Positions 1-9,567 of a stretch of 57,358 bases of DNA are shown here, piece by piece; the stretch's first letter is position 1, and every line of letters starts with the position of its first letter. Under the pieces are notes generated by a model. The model saw nothing but the letters and a program-made list of their open reading frames with translations. It was not told where the DNA came from and did no database searches. The translations under genes and the position numbers were made by a program. Source of the DNA: a virus (taxonomy: Duplodnaviria; Caudoviricetes); the IMG/VR virus record IMGVR_UViG_3300015189_000004, positions 1-57,358 of that record, one strand, 5' to 3'.

Positions 1-13
1 CCCCCGGCTGCAT

Positions 14-22
14 CGCCGCACC
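14..22. other. Probable cos site (CGCCGCACC) at the genome junction
   Basis: Nt 1-13 (CCCCCGGCTGCAT) match nt 57346-57358 (CCCCCGTCTGCAT) at 12/13, so the ends join here. CGCCGCACC resembles 9-nt CGCCG-type 3' overhangs recalled for related actinophages. An HNH gene and the terminase lie nearby. Confidence 0.5.
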
Positions 23-102
23 CTATATTTTAGCCCCGGGGGCCCTTTTGGCAGGAAGCTTCCGGTTTTTACTCCCGTTTGAACCACACGAAAGGCTCGG
101 TC

Positions 103-255
103 ATGACGACCCTGTACATGGTTCTCTACCTCCTCGCTGCCGTATGCTTCATTCTTGCGGCACTCGGCGTGCCCGTTCAGAAGGTCAACGTGCTGGCTCT
201 CGGATTGTTCTTCTGGGTTCTGGTTCCGTTGATCATGTCGTTGAAGGCTCTTTAG
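103..255 (+). CDS. Small membrane protein (50 aa, two hydrophobic segments)
   Basis: Read by eye: GAAAGG RBS, then MTTLYMVLYLLAAVCFILAALGVPVQKVNVLALGLFFWVLVPLIMSLKAL. Confidence 0.65.
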   Translation: MTTLYMVLYLLAAVCFILAALGVPVQKVNVLALGLFFWVLVPLIMSLKAL

Positions 256-302
256 AACCTCGCATAACTCATCCAAAACTACTACAGAAGGGAGTTGATT
301 CT

Positions 303-653
303 ATGGCTACTCGTCGAACAAATACTCCTGAAGAGAAGACAACTAGGCGCAGACCAGCTACAACTCCTGAGGCTCGAGAGAACCAGCTCATTGCTCAAGC
401 CGTTGACCTCGCTGAGAAGCAGATTAACAACGGAACCGCGTCAGCTCAAGTCATCAGTCACTTTCTGAAGCTTGGATCTTCACGCGAGAAGCTAGAGCAA
501 GAGCGTCTGATGAAAGAGAACAGTCTCTTGGACGCCAAGCGTGAACAACTTGCCTCGGCGGCTCGTGTTGAGGAGTTGTACAAGACAGCGCTCGACGCGA
601 TGCGTTCCTACGCTGGTCAAGAGCCTCTGGACCGTGACGACTACGATGATTAG
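303..653 (+). CDS. Hypothetical protein, possibly terminase small subunit
   Basis: AGGGAG RBS before ATG 303 (MATRRTN...). Helical and charged; sits at the left end before the HNH and terminase genes. Confidence 0.55.
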   Translation: MATRRTNTPEEKTTRRRPATTPEARENQLIAQAVDLAEKQINNGTASAQVISHFLKLGSSREKLEQERLMKENSLLDAKREQLASAARVEELYKTALDAMRSYAGQEPLDRDDYDD

Positions 654-1053
654 GCGCTATTCCGACCTGAGACGTCTTGATGATTTCGAGGAGCGTTATC
701 GCTACCTTGCACTTCGAGGCGGTGTCGGTGTTGCTACCTTCGGGTACGACCGCTACATCAATCAACAGTTCTATACGTCTCGTCAGTGGCGTCAACTTCG
801 ACAGCATGTTATTGCTCGAGACCTTGGCTGCGATTTGGGCATAGATGGCTACGAGATCCACAGTGGTCTTATCGTTCATCACATGAATCCAATGTCTGCT
901 GACGACATTACGCATGGAGACTCAAGCATCCTTGATCCTGAGTTTCTCATTTCGACCACCCACCAAACCCACAATGCGATTCACTATGGAGACGAGAAAC
1001 TGCTCCCAAAGATTCATGTGGCGCGTACTCGTGGTGACACAAAACTGTGGTAA
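646..1053 (+). CDS. HNH endonuclease (packaging-associated type)
   Basis: RQWRQLRQHVIARDLGC...VHHMNP...HQTHNAIH pattern; location near terminase is typical of cos phages. Confidence 0.8.
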   Translation: MIRRYSDLRRLDDFEERYRYLALRGGVGVATFGYDRYINQQFYTSRQWRQLRQHVIARDLGCDLGIDGYEIHSGLIVHHMNPMSADDITHGDSSILDPEFLISTTHQTHNAIHYGDEKLLPKIHVARTRGDTKLW

Positions 1054-1070
1054 CCGAAAGTTGATTTTCA

Positions 1071-1433
1071 ATGCCCCTGACTATTGAATTGAAAAGCGAG
1101 ATAGCAAGACTCAACGCTACGAACTCAACGCTCCATATTGAGATTGCCCGGTTGGAGCATGCACTAGCTTCAGCGGATGTTCTTCGTGCAATGCTGGAAC
1201 CACCGAAAATTGTGGTGTTTGACGAAGAACACGATCTCACTCCAAAAGAGACTGAGGTGTTGCTTCTAATCATGGCTGGTGCGTCAACAGCAGAGATGGC
1301 GCAGACCATGTATTCGTGTGAAAGCACCGTCAAATCACACATTAGTTGTATCTATGAAAAACTAGGTGTGCACAACAGGGGTGGGGCCGCAATGGCCGGT
1401 GCACATTTAGGTTTAGACGAAACCGCGGCATAA
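1071..1433 (+). CDS. LuxR/NarL-type C-terminal HTH DNA-binding protein
   Basis: LTPKETEVLLLIMAGASTAEMAQTMYSCESTVKSHISCIYEKLGVHNR matches the GerE/LuxR HTH pattern. The N-terminus looks like a coiled coil, not a receiver domain. Confidence 0.85.
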   Translation: MPLTIELKSEIARLNATNSTLHIEIARLEHALASADVLRAMLEPPKIVVFDEEHDLTPKETEVLLLIMAGASTAEMAQTMYSCESTVKSHISCIYEKLGVHNRGGAAMAGAHLGLDETAA

Positions 1434-1458
1434 CTTCTCGTCCGGAAAGGACAACAAC

Positions 1459-1626
1459 ATGACTGACCAGCCAGAGGTTCCGGTAGAGAACCATGATGAC
1501 GAGGACGTAGCAGCACTTCTCGAAAGAGACACTGCCGATGGTCCTGGAACGGACGACGAGAACACTCTTCCCGAGAGCGACTTCGTCTCCTTCGCCGAGC
1601 CCGACGTTGAGATGGAGGACTCATGA
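1459..1626 (+). CDS. Small acidic protein (55 aa)
   Basis: GAAAGGA RBS; MTDQPEVPVENHDDED...EMEDS; ATGA overlap with the endolysin start. Confidence 0.6.
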   Translation: MTDQPEVPVENHDDEDVAALLERDTADGPGTDDENTLPESDFVSFAEPDVEMEDS

Positions 1627-2447
1627 CAACGATTGCCTACGACAAACCGGTTTCCGACTTTGTCGCTCGTCTCAGTGCAACAGGACACGTCTCGCACAGG
1701 GCATACCGGAAGACATCAGTCACGCTTCATCACAACGGAGGCCGGCTGTCGCATCAGGGTGTCCTCAATGTCTGGAAAGCTCGTCCGGCGTCTGCGCACT
1801 TCGATGTCGACGCGGCTGGTTCCGTTGCTCAGTACGTCAAGGTCAACGAGTACGCGTGGGCTGTTGGAAACACCGTCGGCAACCAGTCATCGATCAGCAT
1901 CGAGATGGCAAACGCTACTGTCGCGCCTAGCTGGACGGTTTCGGACGTTACGTGGAAGTCTGCGGCACGTCTTGCGGGTTGGCTCTTTGCCAAGGTGATC
2001 GGTGTTCGTCCTTCTTCGAGCAACTTCTTCTATCACCACCACTGGTCATCGACGGCTTGCGCCGGACCATACATGGACACGATTCCGAGGCAGGTTCTGG
2101 CAGAAGCTCAGCGGGCCTACGACACATTCAAGTCGTTTGGACACGTTCCACCGGTTGTTCCGCCGGTTGTCCACCCGCCGACAGGCAAGATCATGCTGAC
2201 TGTTGATGGCGTCTTTGGCTCTCAGAGTAAGCGTCGTCTTCAGCAGTGGGCCGGAGCAACGATCGACGGCATTCTCGGAAGAAACTCATGGGTGGCTGTT
2301 CAGCGAAAGCTTGGCGGACTTGCCGTGGATGGATCTCCGGGTCGAAACACCTGGATCAAGATTCAGAAGCTCGTCGGAGTGACTCAGGATGGTTCGCCGG
2401 GGCCAAACACCTATCGGCATCTTCAGGCATACCTGAATTCGCACTAG
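1623..2447 (+). CDS. Endolysin: N-acetylmuramoyl-L-alanine amidase with C-terminal peptidoglycan-binding repeats
   Basis: Amidase_2-like motifs TLHH, SAHFDV, AWAVG, SISIE, H..WSSTACAG; repeated DG..G..T/SW..VQ units at the C-terminus. Confidence 0.88.
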   Translation: MTTIAYDKPVSDFVARLSATGHVSHRAYRKTSVTLHHNGGRLSHQGVLNVWKARPASAHFDVDAAGSVAQYVKVNEYAWAVGNTVGNQSSISIEMANATVAPSWTVSDVTWKSAARLAGWLFAKVIGVRPSSSNFFYHHHWSSTACAGPYMDTIPRQVLAEAQRAYDTFKSFGHVPPVVPPVVHPPTGKIMLTVDGVFGSQSKRRLQQWAGATIDGILGRNSWVAVQRKLGGLAVDGSPGRNTWIKIQKLVGVTQDGSPGPNTYRHLQAYLNSH

Positions 2448-2493
2448 CAACACCAAACCGTCAAAATGGTAGCCAATCAAGGAGGTGACCAAC

Positions 2494-2874
2494 ATGAGCG
2501 ACAGCATTCTCAACACGACCAAGAAGATCTTGGGCATCGAGGCGGACTACACAGCCTTTGATGAAGACATCATGATGCACATCAACTCTGTGTTTGCAAC
2601 TTTGAACCAGATGGGCATCGGGCCGGTAGATGGCTTTGCGATCGATGATGCTGTAGCCACATGGGACAGCTTCACGAACGGAAACAGGAAGCTCAACTCA
2701 GTCAAGACGTACGTGTACCTTCGGGTTCGCATGCTTTTCGACCCGCCGACAACTTCCTATCTCATCGGGGCATTGAAAGAGCAGGTTGCCGAGTTTGAAT
2801 GGCGACTCAGCACATACAGGGAAGGAGAATCATGGACGAGTCCGTTCCCAGTGGTCGTAGACCCGTTGGTGTGA
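2494..2874 (+). CDS. Putative head-tail connector/adaptor-like virion protein
   Basis: AAGGAGG RBS; SILNTTKKILGI...FDEDIMMHIN...LFDPP recalled as a conserved phage protein. Function inferred only. Confidence 0.5.
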   Translation: MSDSILNTTKKILGIEADYTAFDEDIMMHINSVFATLNQMGIGPVDGFAIDDAVATWDSFTNGNRKLNSVKTYVYLRVRMLFDPPTTSYLIGALKEQVAEFEWRLSTYREGESWTSPFPVVVDPLV

Positions 2875-3374
2875 GTGATGTTGTCCTTGCCCACTACGGG
2901 AAGAAGGGCATGCACTGGGGTGTTCGGCGTGCAAGCAAGTACTCCGATGGCCCAAAGGGTACAAACAACCCGGTAGTCACGAAAGAACGACCCGGACACA
3001 AGGTCACTGCCAAAGGAGGGGAGAATCAGCCAGCGTCTGCGGACGCAAAGGCTATTGCTATCTCTCGGCAGAAGGCGAAGAAGAGTTCCACAGACTCTCT
3101 TTCAACGAAGGACCTTCAGGACCTCGTCAATCGGATGAATCTTGAGCAGCAGTACTCTCGGCTGACTCCAGACTCGAGGTCGACGAAGGGTAAGAAGTTT
3201 GCCGGCAAGTTTGTGGGTCAGATAGCCAAAGAGCAGCTTCCAAAGCTTGCTGTTATCGGGCTCAAGAAGGCAACCGCCGGTATTGACGACCCTCGTGTCA
3301 ACACCGCGATGAAAGTTGCGGAAGCCATGGCCTCTGCCGGCGGAAACATGGCAGGAAAGAAGAAGAACAAGTAG
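2871..3374 (+). CDS. Basic protein with N-terminal HYGKKGMHWGVRR motif (candidate internal virion protein)
   Basis: GTG start overlapping the upstream stop; motif shared with 5239 and 5649. Confidence 0.7.
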   Translation: MSDVVLAHYGKKGMHWGVRRASKYSDGPKGTNNPVVTKERPGHKVTAKGGENQPASADAKAIAISRQKAKKSSTDSLSTKDLQDLVNRMNLEQQYSRLTPDSRSTKGKKFAGKFVGQIAKEQLPKLAVIGLKKATAGIDDPRVNTAMKVAEAMASAGGNMAGKKKNK

Positions 3375-3383
3375 AAGGGAGGG

Positions 3384-5132
3384 TTGGCGATGAGTTTATC
3401 GAACAAAGCAGTGCCCACATACTACGGGCAGTTTCGTGATGCAGTACTTCATGGTGATATTCCTGTGAATCGGGAAGTCACGATGGAGATGAACCGCATT
3501 GACGCACTCATCGCCAATCCGAACATCTACTACGACGATCAAGCAGTCGAGGGGTTCGTTCTATATTGTGAGAACGAGCTCACCCTTACTGACGGAGGTG
3601 ACTTGCATCTTCTGCCCACGTTCAAGCTGTGGTCAGAGCAGATCTTCGGGTGGTATTACTTCGTTGAGCGAAGTGTGTATGAGCCAAATCCCGATAATCG
3701 TGGTGGTCGCTATGTCCAAAAGACAATCAAGAAGCGACTGACTACGAAGCAGTACTTGATCGTTGCACGAGGCGCAGCAAAGTCGATGTATGCCTCTTGC
3801 ATTCAGAGCTATTTCCTCAATGTCGATACCTCAACAACGCATCAGATTACAACGGCACCCACGATGAAACAGGCTGATGAAGTCATGTCACCTTGCCGCA
3901 CTGCGATCACGCGTAGTAGAGGACCACTGTTCAAATTCTTGACCGAGGGATCAATGCAGAACACAACCGGCTCTCGAGCCAACCGTGTGAAGCTTGCCTC
4001 GACCAAGAAAGGCGTCGAGAACTTCCTTACCGGGTCGATGCTTGAAGTCCGACCAATGGCCATCAACAAACTTCAGGGTCTAAGACCCAAGATTTCAACA
4101 ATTGATGAGTGGTTGTCTGGCGATATTCGGGAAGACGTAGTCGGGGCAGTCGAACAGGGCGCATCGAAGCTCGATGACTATCTTATTGTCGCTATTAGCT
4201 CCGAGGGAACAGTTCGAAACGGTAGTGGTGACACTATCAAGATGGAACTCGCAGACATTCTCAAGGGCGACTTCGTTGCTCCTCATATTTCGATCTGGCA
4301 TTACAAGTTGGACGAGCTTGAGGAAGTAAACGATCCCTCAACATGGTTGAAAGCCAACCCAAACCTTGGGAAGACTGTCACTTACGACACATACCACCTC
4401 GATGTCGAACGAGCAGAGAAGGCTCCCGCAGCAAGGAACGACATTCTCGCCAAGAGGTTTGGAATTCCGATGGAAGGCTACACGTATTTCTTCACGTACG
4501 AGGAAACCCTTCCACATCGGCCTCGTGAGTTCTGGGAGATGCCTTGCGCCATGGGTGCAGACCTTTCGCAGGGTGACGACTTCTGTGCTTTCACCTTCCT
4601 CTTCCCTTTGAGGATGGGTTTCGGCATTAAGACTCGAAGTTACATTTCTTCGCTGACTTTGATGAAGCTTCCAGGCGCAATGCGTCACAAGTACGACGAG
4701 TTCATCAACGAAGGTAGTCTTCACATCCTTGAGGGCACTATCCTCGACATGATGGAGGTCTATGAAGATCTCGAATCATTCATTGAGGATCAGAAGTTTG
4801 ATGTACGTGCTTTCGGTTTCGACCCATATAACGCCAAAGAGTTTGTGACTCGCTGGGAAGCGGAGAATGGACCATTCGGTATCGAGAAGGTTATTCAGGG
4901 TGCGAAGAGCGAGTCGGTTCCACTCGGTGAACTCAAGATTCTGAGTGAAGAGCGGCTTCTCATATTCGATCAGATCCTGATGTCTTTCACAATGGGTAAT
5001 GCCATCACGCTTGAAGACACAAATGGCAACCGAAAGCTCATGAAGAAGCGGCAAGACGAGAAGATTGATAACGTGTCCGCTCTCATGGACGCATACATCG
5101 CTTGGAAAGCCAATAAAGAAGCCTTTGAATAG
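3384..5132 (+). CDS. terL: Terminase large subunit
   Basis: Walker A-like VARGAAKS, Walker B STIDE, KANPNLG, nuclease GADLSQGDD, FDPYNA and KIDNVSALMDA. Confidence 0.95.
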   Translation: MAMSLSNKAVPTYYGQFRDAVLHGDIPVNREVTMEMNRIDALIANPNIYYDDQAVEGFVLYCENELTLTDGGDLHLLPTFKLWSEQIFGWYYFVERSVYEPNPDNRGGRYVQKTIKKRLTTKQYLIVARGAAKSMYASCIQSYFLNVDTSTTHQITTAPTMKQADEVMSPCRTAITRSRGPLFKFLTEGSMQNTTGSRANRVKLASTKKGVENFLTGSMLEVRPMAINKLQGLRPKISTIDEWLSGDIREDVVGAVEQGASKLDDYLIVAISSEGTVRNGSGDTIKMELADILKGDFVAPHISIWHYKLDELEEVNDPSTWLKANPNLGKTVTYDTYHLDVERAEKAPAARNDILAKRFGIPMEGYTYFFTYEETLPHRPREFWEMPCAMGADLSQGDDFCAFTFLFPLRMGFGIKTRSYISSLTLMKLPGAMRHKYDEFINEGSLHILEGTILDMMEVYEDLESFIEDQKFDVRAFGFDPYNAKEFVTRWEAENGPFGIEKVIQGAKSESVPLGELKILSEERLLIFDQILMSFTMGNAITLEDTNGNRKLMKKRQDEKIDNVSALMDAYIAWKANKEAFE

Positions 5133-5238
5133 GAGGATTAATGCTCGATGAAGATGAACACTGGGAATCGATTCCGGGCTATCCAACGCAACCAAAGGCT
5201 ATCGCTTTGAACGCATCGACTTATAGGAAGGCTTTCAA

Positions 5239-5610
5239 ATGACACAGGTGGCCGATAAACCGCCTCTAGACGAGGTGATGGAGCACGTTGGTGTAAAAGG
5301 CATGCACTGGGGTGTTCGAAAGAGTTCTTCATCCTCCAGTTCATCAAAACCGACTATGTCAACAAAGAAGAAGGTTGCTGTTGGCGTTGGTGTTGGTGTG
5401 TTGGCTGTTGGTGCAGCGGCTGCAGCAGTGGCCCTTTCGAAACATGGGAAAGTTCCGGTTCGAGAAGCGGTTGTTACCATCGCTACTCTAAAAGCTGAAA
5501 AATCCCCAACATACGACCAATACACAAAAGTTTTAGCATCAAAAGGCATGAACCAAAAGATCATGTTTGACAATGCTAAGAATGTGTACCACCTTGTTAG
5601 TTTCGACTGA
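5239..5610 (+). CDS. Small protein with EHVGVKGMHWGVRK motif and a hydrophobic segment
   Basis: N-terminus paralogous to 5649 (MTQ..DKP...E.MEH.G.KGMHWGVRK). Confidence 0.75.
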   Translation: MTQVADKPPLDEVMEHVGVKGMHWGVRKSSSSSSSSKPTMSTKKKVAVGVGVGVLAVGAAAAAVALSKHGKVPVREAVVTIATLKAEKSPTYDQYTKVLASKGMNQKIMFDNAKNVYHLVSFD

Positions 5611-5648
5611 CGTTGATACACCTCGACGTGTCGTAAGGAGAAAATCGA

Positions 5649-6044
5649 ATGACACAGATACCTGATAAGCCCTCGATCGAAGAGGCCATGGAGCACTTCG
5701 GAAAAAAGGGCATGCACTGGGGTGTTCGAAAAGGAGCCGATTCTGGATCTGGTGGTGGTTCACCAAAGAAAGTGAAGCCGACAACGGCTGACATCCAAGG
5801 CGCTCGGTTTCGAACCCAAGCTCGAGTCAAAAGGATCAACTCCGCGTCAGAGGATCATGCCGTAGCAACATCGTCAAAGGGTCGATCCGCTGCGATGAAA
5901 ATCATCAATGACAACATCAAAGCTGACCTCAAGTCTGGCGACTCAAAGCTCGCGGCAAAATCTACCAAGGGCGAGAAGATTGCCGCTGGAATCGCGTATG
6001 GACTTTCCGGAGCCATAGTTGTCAGCATGATTGCCGGAAGGTAG
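5649..6044 (+). CDS. Small protein with EHFGKKGMHWGVRK motif and C-terminal hydrophobic segment
   Basis: AAGGAG RBS; same motif as 5239; lies between terminase and portal. Confidence 0.75.
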   Translation: MTQIPDKPSIEEAMEHFGKKGMHWGVRKGADSGSGGGSPKKVKPTTADIQGARFRTQARVKRINSASEDHAVATSSKGRSAAMKIINDNIKADLKSGDSKLAAKSTKGEKIAAGIAYGLSGAIVVSMIAGR

Positions 6045-6076
6045 ATCGCCATCCATATTCAGAAAGGAGGTGACTC

Positions 6077-7375
6077 ATGGCACTCGGTTCCAGAATCAAG
6101 CATGCGTGGAGTGCGTTCACACTCACAAACGAGAGTTCTCTTGCCGACGACTTCTCATATTCGTCAGGCAGCGCAAGCTATGGCGCTCGACCAGATCGGG
6201 TAAGACTCCATTACTCGAACGAGCGATCGATCATCTCCTCGATCTACACCCGGCTTAGCATTGATGTTGCTTCTGTTGACATTCGGCATGTCCGTTTGGA
6301 CGACAAGAAACGTTACACGAAGGACGAGGACAGTGGTCTTAATGCCTGTCTGACGGTTGAGGCCAATCTCGATCAAGCTGCTCGTGCTTTTCGGCAAGAT
6401 GCAGCAATGACACTATTTGACAAGGGTGTTATTGCTATCGTTCCGGTAGACACGTCTCTCGATCCGTCAAGTTCTGGTTCGTTCGACATCAAGACGATGC
6501 GTGTTGGCGAGATTGTCACGTGGTACCCAAGGCACGTCAAGGTCAGTCTCTACAACGAGGCGACTGGACTGCGACAGGACATCACGCTTGAGAAGAAGTT
6601 CGTGGCGATTGTTGAGAATCCACTGTATTCAGTAATGAACGAGTCGAACTCGACTCTTCAGCGCCTCATCCGGAAGCTCAACATGCTTGATACCGTCGAC
6701 GAGGCTTCAAGTTCAGGCAAACTCGATCTCATCATTCAGCTTCCTTACGTCATCAAGTCTGAAGCCCGACGGCAACAGGCCGAACAGCGACGCGAGGACA
6801 TTGAGTTCCAGTTGAAGGGTAGTAAGTACGGCATCGCCTACACCGACGGTACCGAGAAGATCACTCAACTGAATCGTCCAGCCGAGAACAACCTACTCGC
6901 ACAGGTCACCTACCTCACGACCATGCTATACGGTCAACTGGGCCTTACCGAGGAAGTTATGAACGGCACCGCGGATGAGAAGGCCATGCTCAACTACATG
7001 AACCGAACGATTGAGCCTGTTCTGGCTTCAATCACAGAAGCGATGATCCGAACCTTCCTCACAAAGACGGCTCGCTCACAACTTCAGTCGATCATGTACT
7101 TCCGAGATCCCTTCAAGCTTGTCCCGATCGCTTCGATTGCCGACATTGCCGACAAGTTCGCTCGGAATGAGATCATGAGTTCGAACGAGATCCGACAGGT
7201 CATCGGCATCCAGCCGTCGGCTGATCCCAAGGCGGACAAGTTGCAGAACAGCAACATGCCACAGCCGTCAGCACCAGTAGTACCAATGCCACCGGTCGAT
7301 CCGTCGGCCAATGGGTTTACCAAGCGCATTATGCCAGCTCCGTCGGGGCTAGCAACTTCAGTACAAACAAGATAG
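6077..7375 (+). CDS. Portal protein
   Basis: 432 aa, between terL and the protease/capsid gene; AAGGAGG RBS; HK97-like C-terminal MSSNEIR motif. Confidence 0.88.
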   Translation: MALGSRIKHAWSAFTLTNESSLADDFSYSSGSASYGARPDRVRLHYSNERSIISSIYTRLSIDVASVDIRHVRLDDKKRYTKDEDSGLNACLTVEANLDQAARAFRQDAAMTLFDKGVIAIVPVDTSLDPSSSGSFDIKTMRVGEIVTWYPRHVKVSLYNEATGLRQDITLEKKFVAIVENPLYSVMNESNSTLQRLIRKLNMLDTVDEASSSGKLDLIIQLPYVIKSEARRQQAEQRREDIEFQLKGSKYGIAYTDGTEKITQLNRPAENNLLAQVTYLTTMLYGQLGLTEEVMNGTADEKAMLNYMNRTIEPVLASITEAMIRTFLTKTARSQLQSIMYFRDPFKLVPIASIADIADKFARNEIMSSNEIRQVIGIQPSADPKADKLQNSNMPQPSAPVVPMPPVDPSANGFTKRIMPAPSGLATSVQTR

Positions 7376-7392
7376 GAAGGAGAACAGTCAAA

Positions 7393-9552
7393 ATGGAAGC
7401 AGATTTCAGCGGTTACGCTACCAAGGCTGGCCTCAAGTGCTCCGACGGGCGAACCATCATGCCTGAAGCATTCAAGCACATGGACGGGTTGAAGGTTCCT
7501 CTCGTCTGGCAGCATGGTCACAACGATCCCGCGAATGTCCTCGGGCATGCGATCCTCGAAGCTCGAGGCGACGGCGTGTACACCTACGCCTTCTTCAACG
7601 AGAACTCCGGCGGCAAGAATGCCAAGGCTCTTGTTCAGCACGGCGACATTGTCGCGCTGTCCATCTACGCCAACCAGTTGGTTGAGCGGGCGAAGCAGGT
7701 CTTCCACGGAACCATCCGAGAGGTCAGTCTGGTCCTTTCGGGCGCGAACCCTGGAGCCCTCATCGACAACATCAGCCTCGCACATGGTGACGGTGACATG
7801 GAGACGCTCGAAGATGAGGCCATCATCTTCACCGGTCTTGCTCTCGAGCATGAAGACAAGCCGGGCGTCGTCGAAGAGAAGGTCGAAGAGAAGGTTGAGG
7901 TTGTCGACGAGTCGAACCCTCAGGCGATCTACGACGCGCTCACCGATGAGCAGAAAGAGGTCGTTCACTCCATGATCGGCGATGCTGTTGACTCAGCAAA
8001 GACCAACACTGCCGAGCACGCATTCGTGCCTTTCGTCAAGGGCGGTGCACCAGCAGCAAGCACTGCCACGGCCACCCCTGGCAACAGCACGGACAAGACC
8101 GTCAAAGATGTCTTCGACTCGTTCAGTGACGAGCAGAAGAACGTCGTTTACTACATGATCGGAGCCGCAATCGACGAGGCTTCGGCAGGCACGGCAGCAC
8201 ATTCCTCTGACGACAATGCCGAAGAGGGCACCACCACCAACGAGGGCGACCTCAAGCACACGGAAGGAACCGTTGACATGACCAACGTCTTCGAACAGAA
8301 CGGCATTGCCCACCAGGAGCGTCCCAGCCTGACCCACGACCAGCTCTCGGCCATCGTGCAGGACGCGCAGAAGATCGGTTCCTTCAAGGAGGCGTTCCTC
8401 GCGCACGTCACGACCTACGGCATCGAGAACATCGACTTCCTGTTCCCGGATGCCAAGACGCTCGCATCCAGCCCGGAGATGGTCACCCGTCGTCAGGAGT
8501 GGGTGAACGTGGTTCTCACCGGAGCCAAGAAGTCCCCCTTCTCGCGGATCAAGACGATCTCTGCCGACCTGACCCTCGATGCAGCCCGCGCCAAGGGTTA
8601 CGTCAAGGCCAACCTCAAGAAGGAGGAGTGGTTCGGTCTCCAGAAGCGAGTCACCACTCCGACCACCATCTACAAGAAGCAGAAGCTGGACCGGGACGAC
8701 ATCGTCGACATCACTGACCTCGACGTCGTGGCTTGGCTCAAGGCCGAGATGCGCATCATGCTGGACGAGGAGATCGCCCGCGCCGTTCTGGTTGGCGATG
8801 GTCGTGAGATCGACGACCTCGACAAGATCAACGAGACCAACATCCGTCCGATCGCGTACGAGGATGACTTCTACGCGCACAAGACGATCATCGCGGCCAA
8901 CGTTGTCGGCGACTCCATCGTCGAGGCTGTCCTTCGGGCTCGTCCGAACTACCGTGGCACCGGGTCCCCGACCCTGTTCTGCACCGAGGGTCTTCTGACC
9001 GACCTGCTTTTGATCAAGGACAAGCTCGGCCGTCGTCTCTACACCTCGCTGGACGAGCTGGCGGTCACGCTTCGCGTTGCGAAGATCGTTCCCGTCCCCG
9101 TCATGGAGTCGCTCACGACCACCGGTGGCGACATCCTCGCCATTCTGGTCAACCTGACCGACTACACCATGGGCGCCGACAAGGGCGGCAACATCTCGAT
9201 GTTCGATGACTTCGACATCGACTACAACCAGTACAAGTACCTGATGGAGACCCGCATGTCGGGTGCGCTCACTCTGTTCAAGTCTGCTCTGATTGTGCTC
9301 CGTGCTGCTGGCACGCAGGTCAGTCCCACCGTTCCGACCTTCGTTCCTGCCACTGGTGTCGTCACGATTCCGGCTGTCACCGGCGTTGTCTACTCGCAGA
9401 GCGTCGATGGTGGGCCGGTTGTCGTGGCCACTGCTGGTGCTCAGACCGCAATCGGTGCTGGTCTCAGCGTCGAGGTCTCTGCTGCTCCTGCGGCGGGTTA
9501 CTACTTCCCGCACAACTTCGACACCGACTGGATGTTCACCCGCGCCGCCTGA
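7393..9552 (+). CDS. Prohead protease-scaffold-major capsid fusion with C-terminal Ig-like domain
   Basis: N-terminal HK97-type protease (FSGYA, PLVWQHGH, LSIYA, IREVSLVLSGANPGA), acidic scaffold with an internal repeat, capsid domain (DEEIARAVLVGDG; FDDFDIDYN) and beta-rich tail. Confidence 0.9.
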   Translation: MEADFSGYATKAGLKCSDGRTIMPEAFKHMDGLKVPLVWQHGHNDPANVLGHAILEARGDGVYTYAFFNENSGGKNAKALVQHGDIVALSIYANQLVERAKQVFHGTIREVSLVLSGANPGALIDNISLAHGDGDMETLEDEAIIFTGLALEHEDKPGVVEEKVEEKVEVVDESNPQAIYDALTDEQKEVVHSMIGDAVDSAKTNTAEHAFVPFVKGGAPAASTATATPGNSTDKTVKDVFDSFSDEQKNVVYYMIGAAIDEASAGTAAHSSDDNAEEGTTTNEGDLKHTEGTVDMTNVFEQNGIAHQERPSLTHDQLSAIVQDAQKIGSFKEAFLAHVTTYGIENIDFLFPDAKTLASSPEMVTRRQEWVNVVLTGAKKSPFSRIKTISADLTLDAARAKGYVKANLKKEEWFGLQKRVTTPTTIYKKQKLDRDDIVDITDLDVVAWLKAEMRIMLDEEIARAVLVGDGREIDDLDKINETNIRPIAYEDDFYAHKTIIAANVVGDSIVEAVLRARPNYRGTGSPTLFCTEGLLTDLLLIKDKLGRRLYTSLDELAVTLRVAKIVPVPVMESLTTTGGDILAILVNLTDYTMGADKGGNISMFDDFDIDYNQYKYLMETRMSGALTLFKSALIVLRAAGTQVSPTVPTFVPATGVVTIPAVTGVVYSQSVDGGPVVVATAGAQTAIGAGLSVEVSAAPAAGYYFPHNFDTDWMFTRAA

Positions 9553-9567
9553 TCCAAGGAGTAAACG

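Noticed and set aside
48-302. N-terminal extension of ORF 48-653 (likewise 541, 2799, 40544, 47054, 52587)
   Set aside because: Better RBS-supported or coupled starts lie downstream, and several extensions overlap other genes or RNA units.
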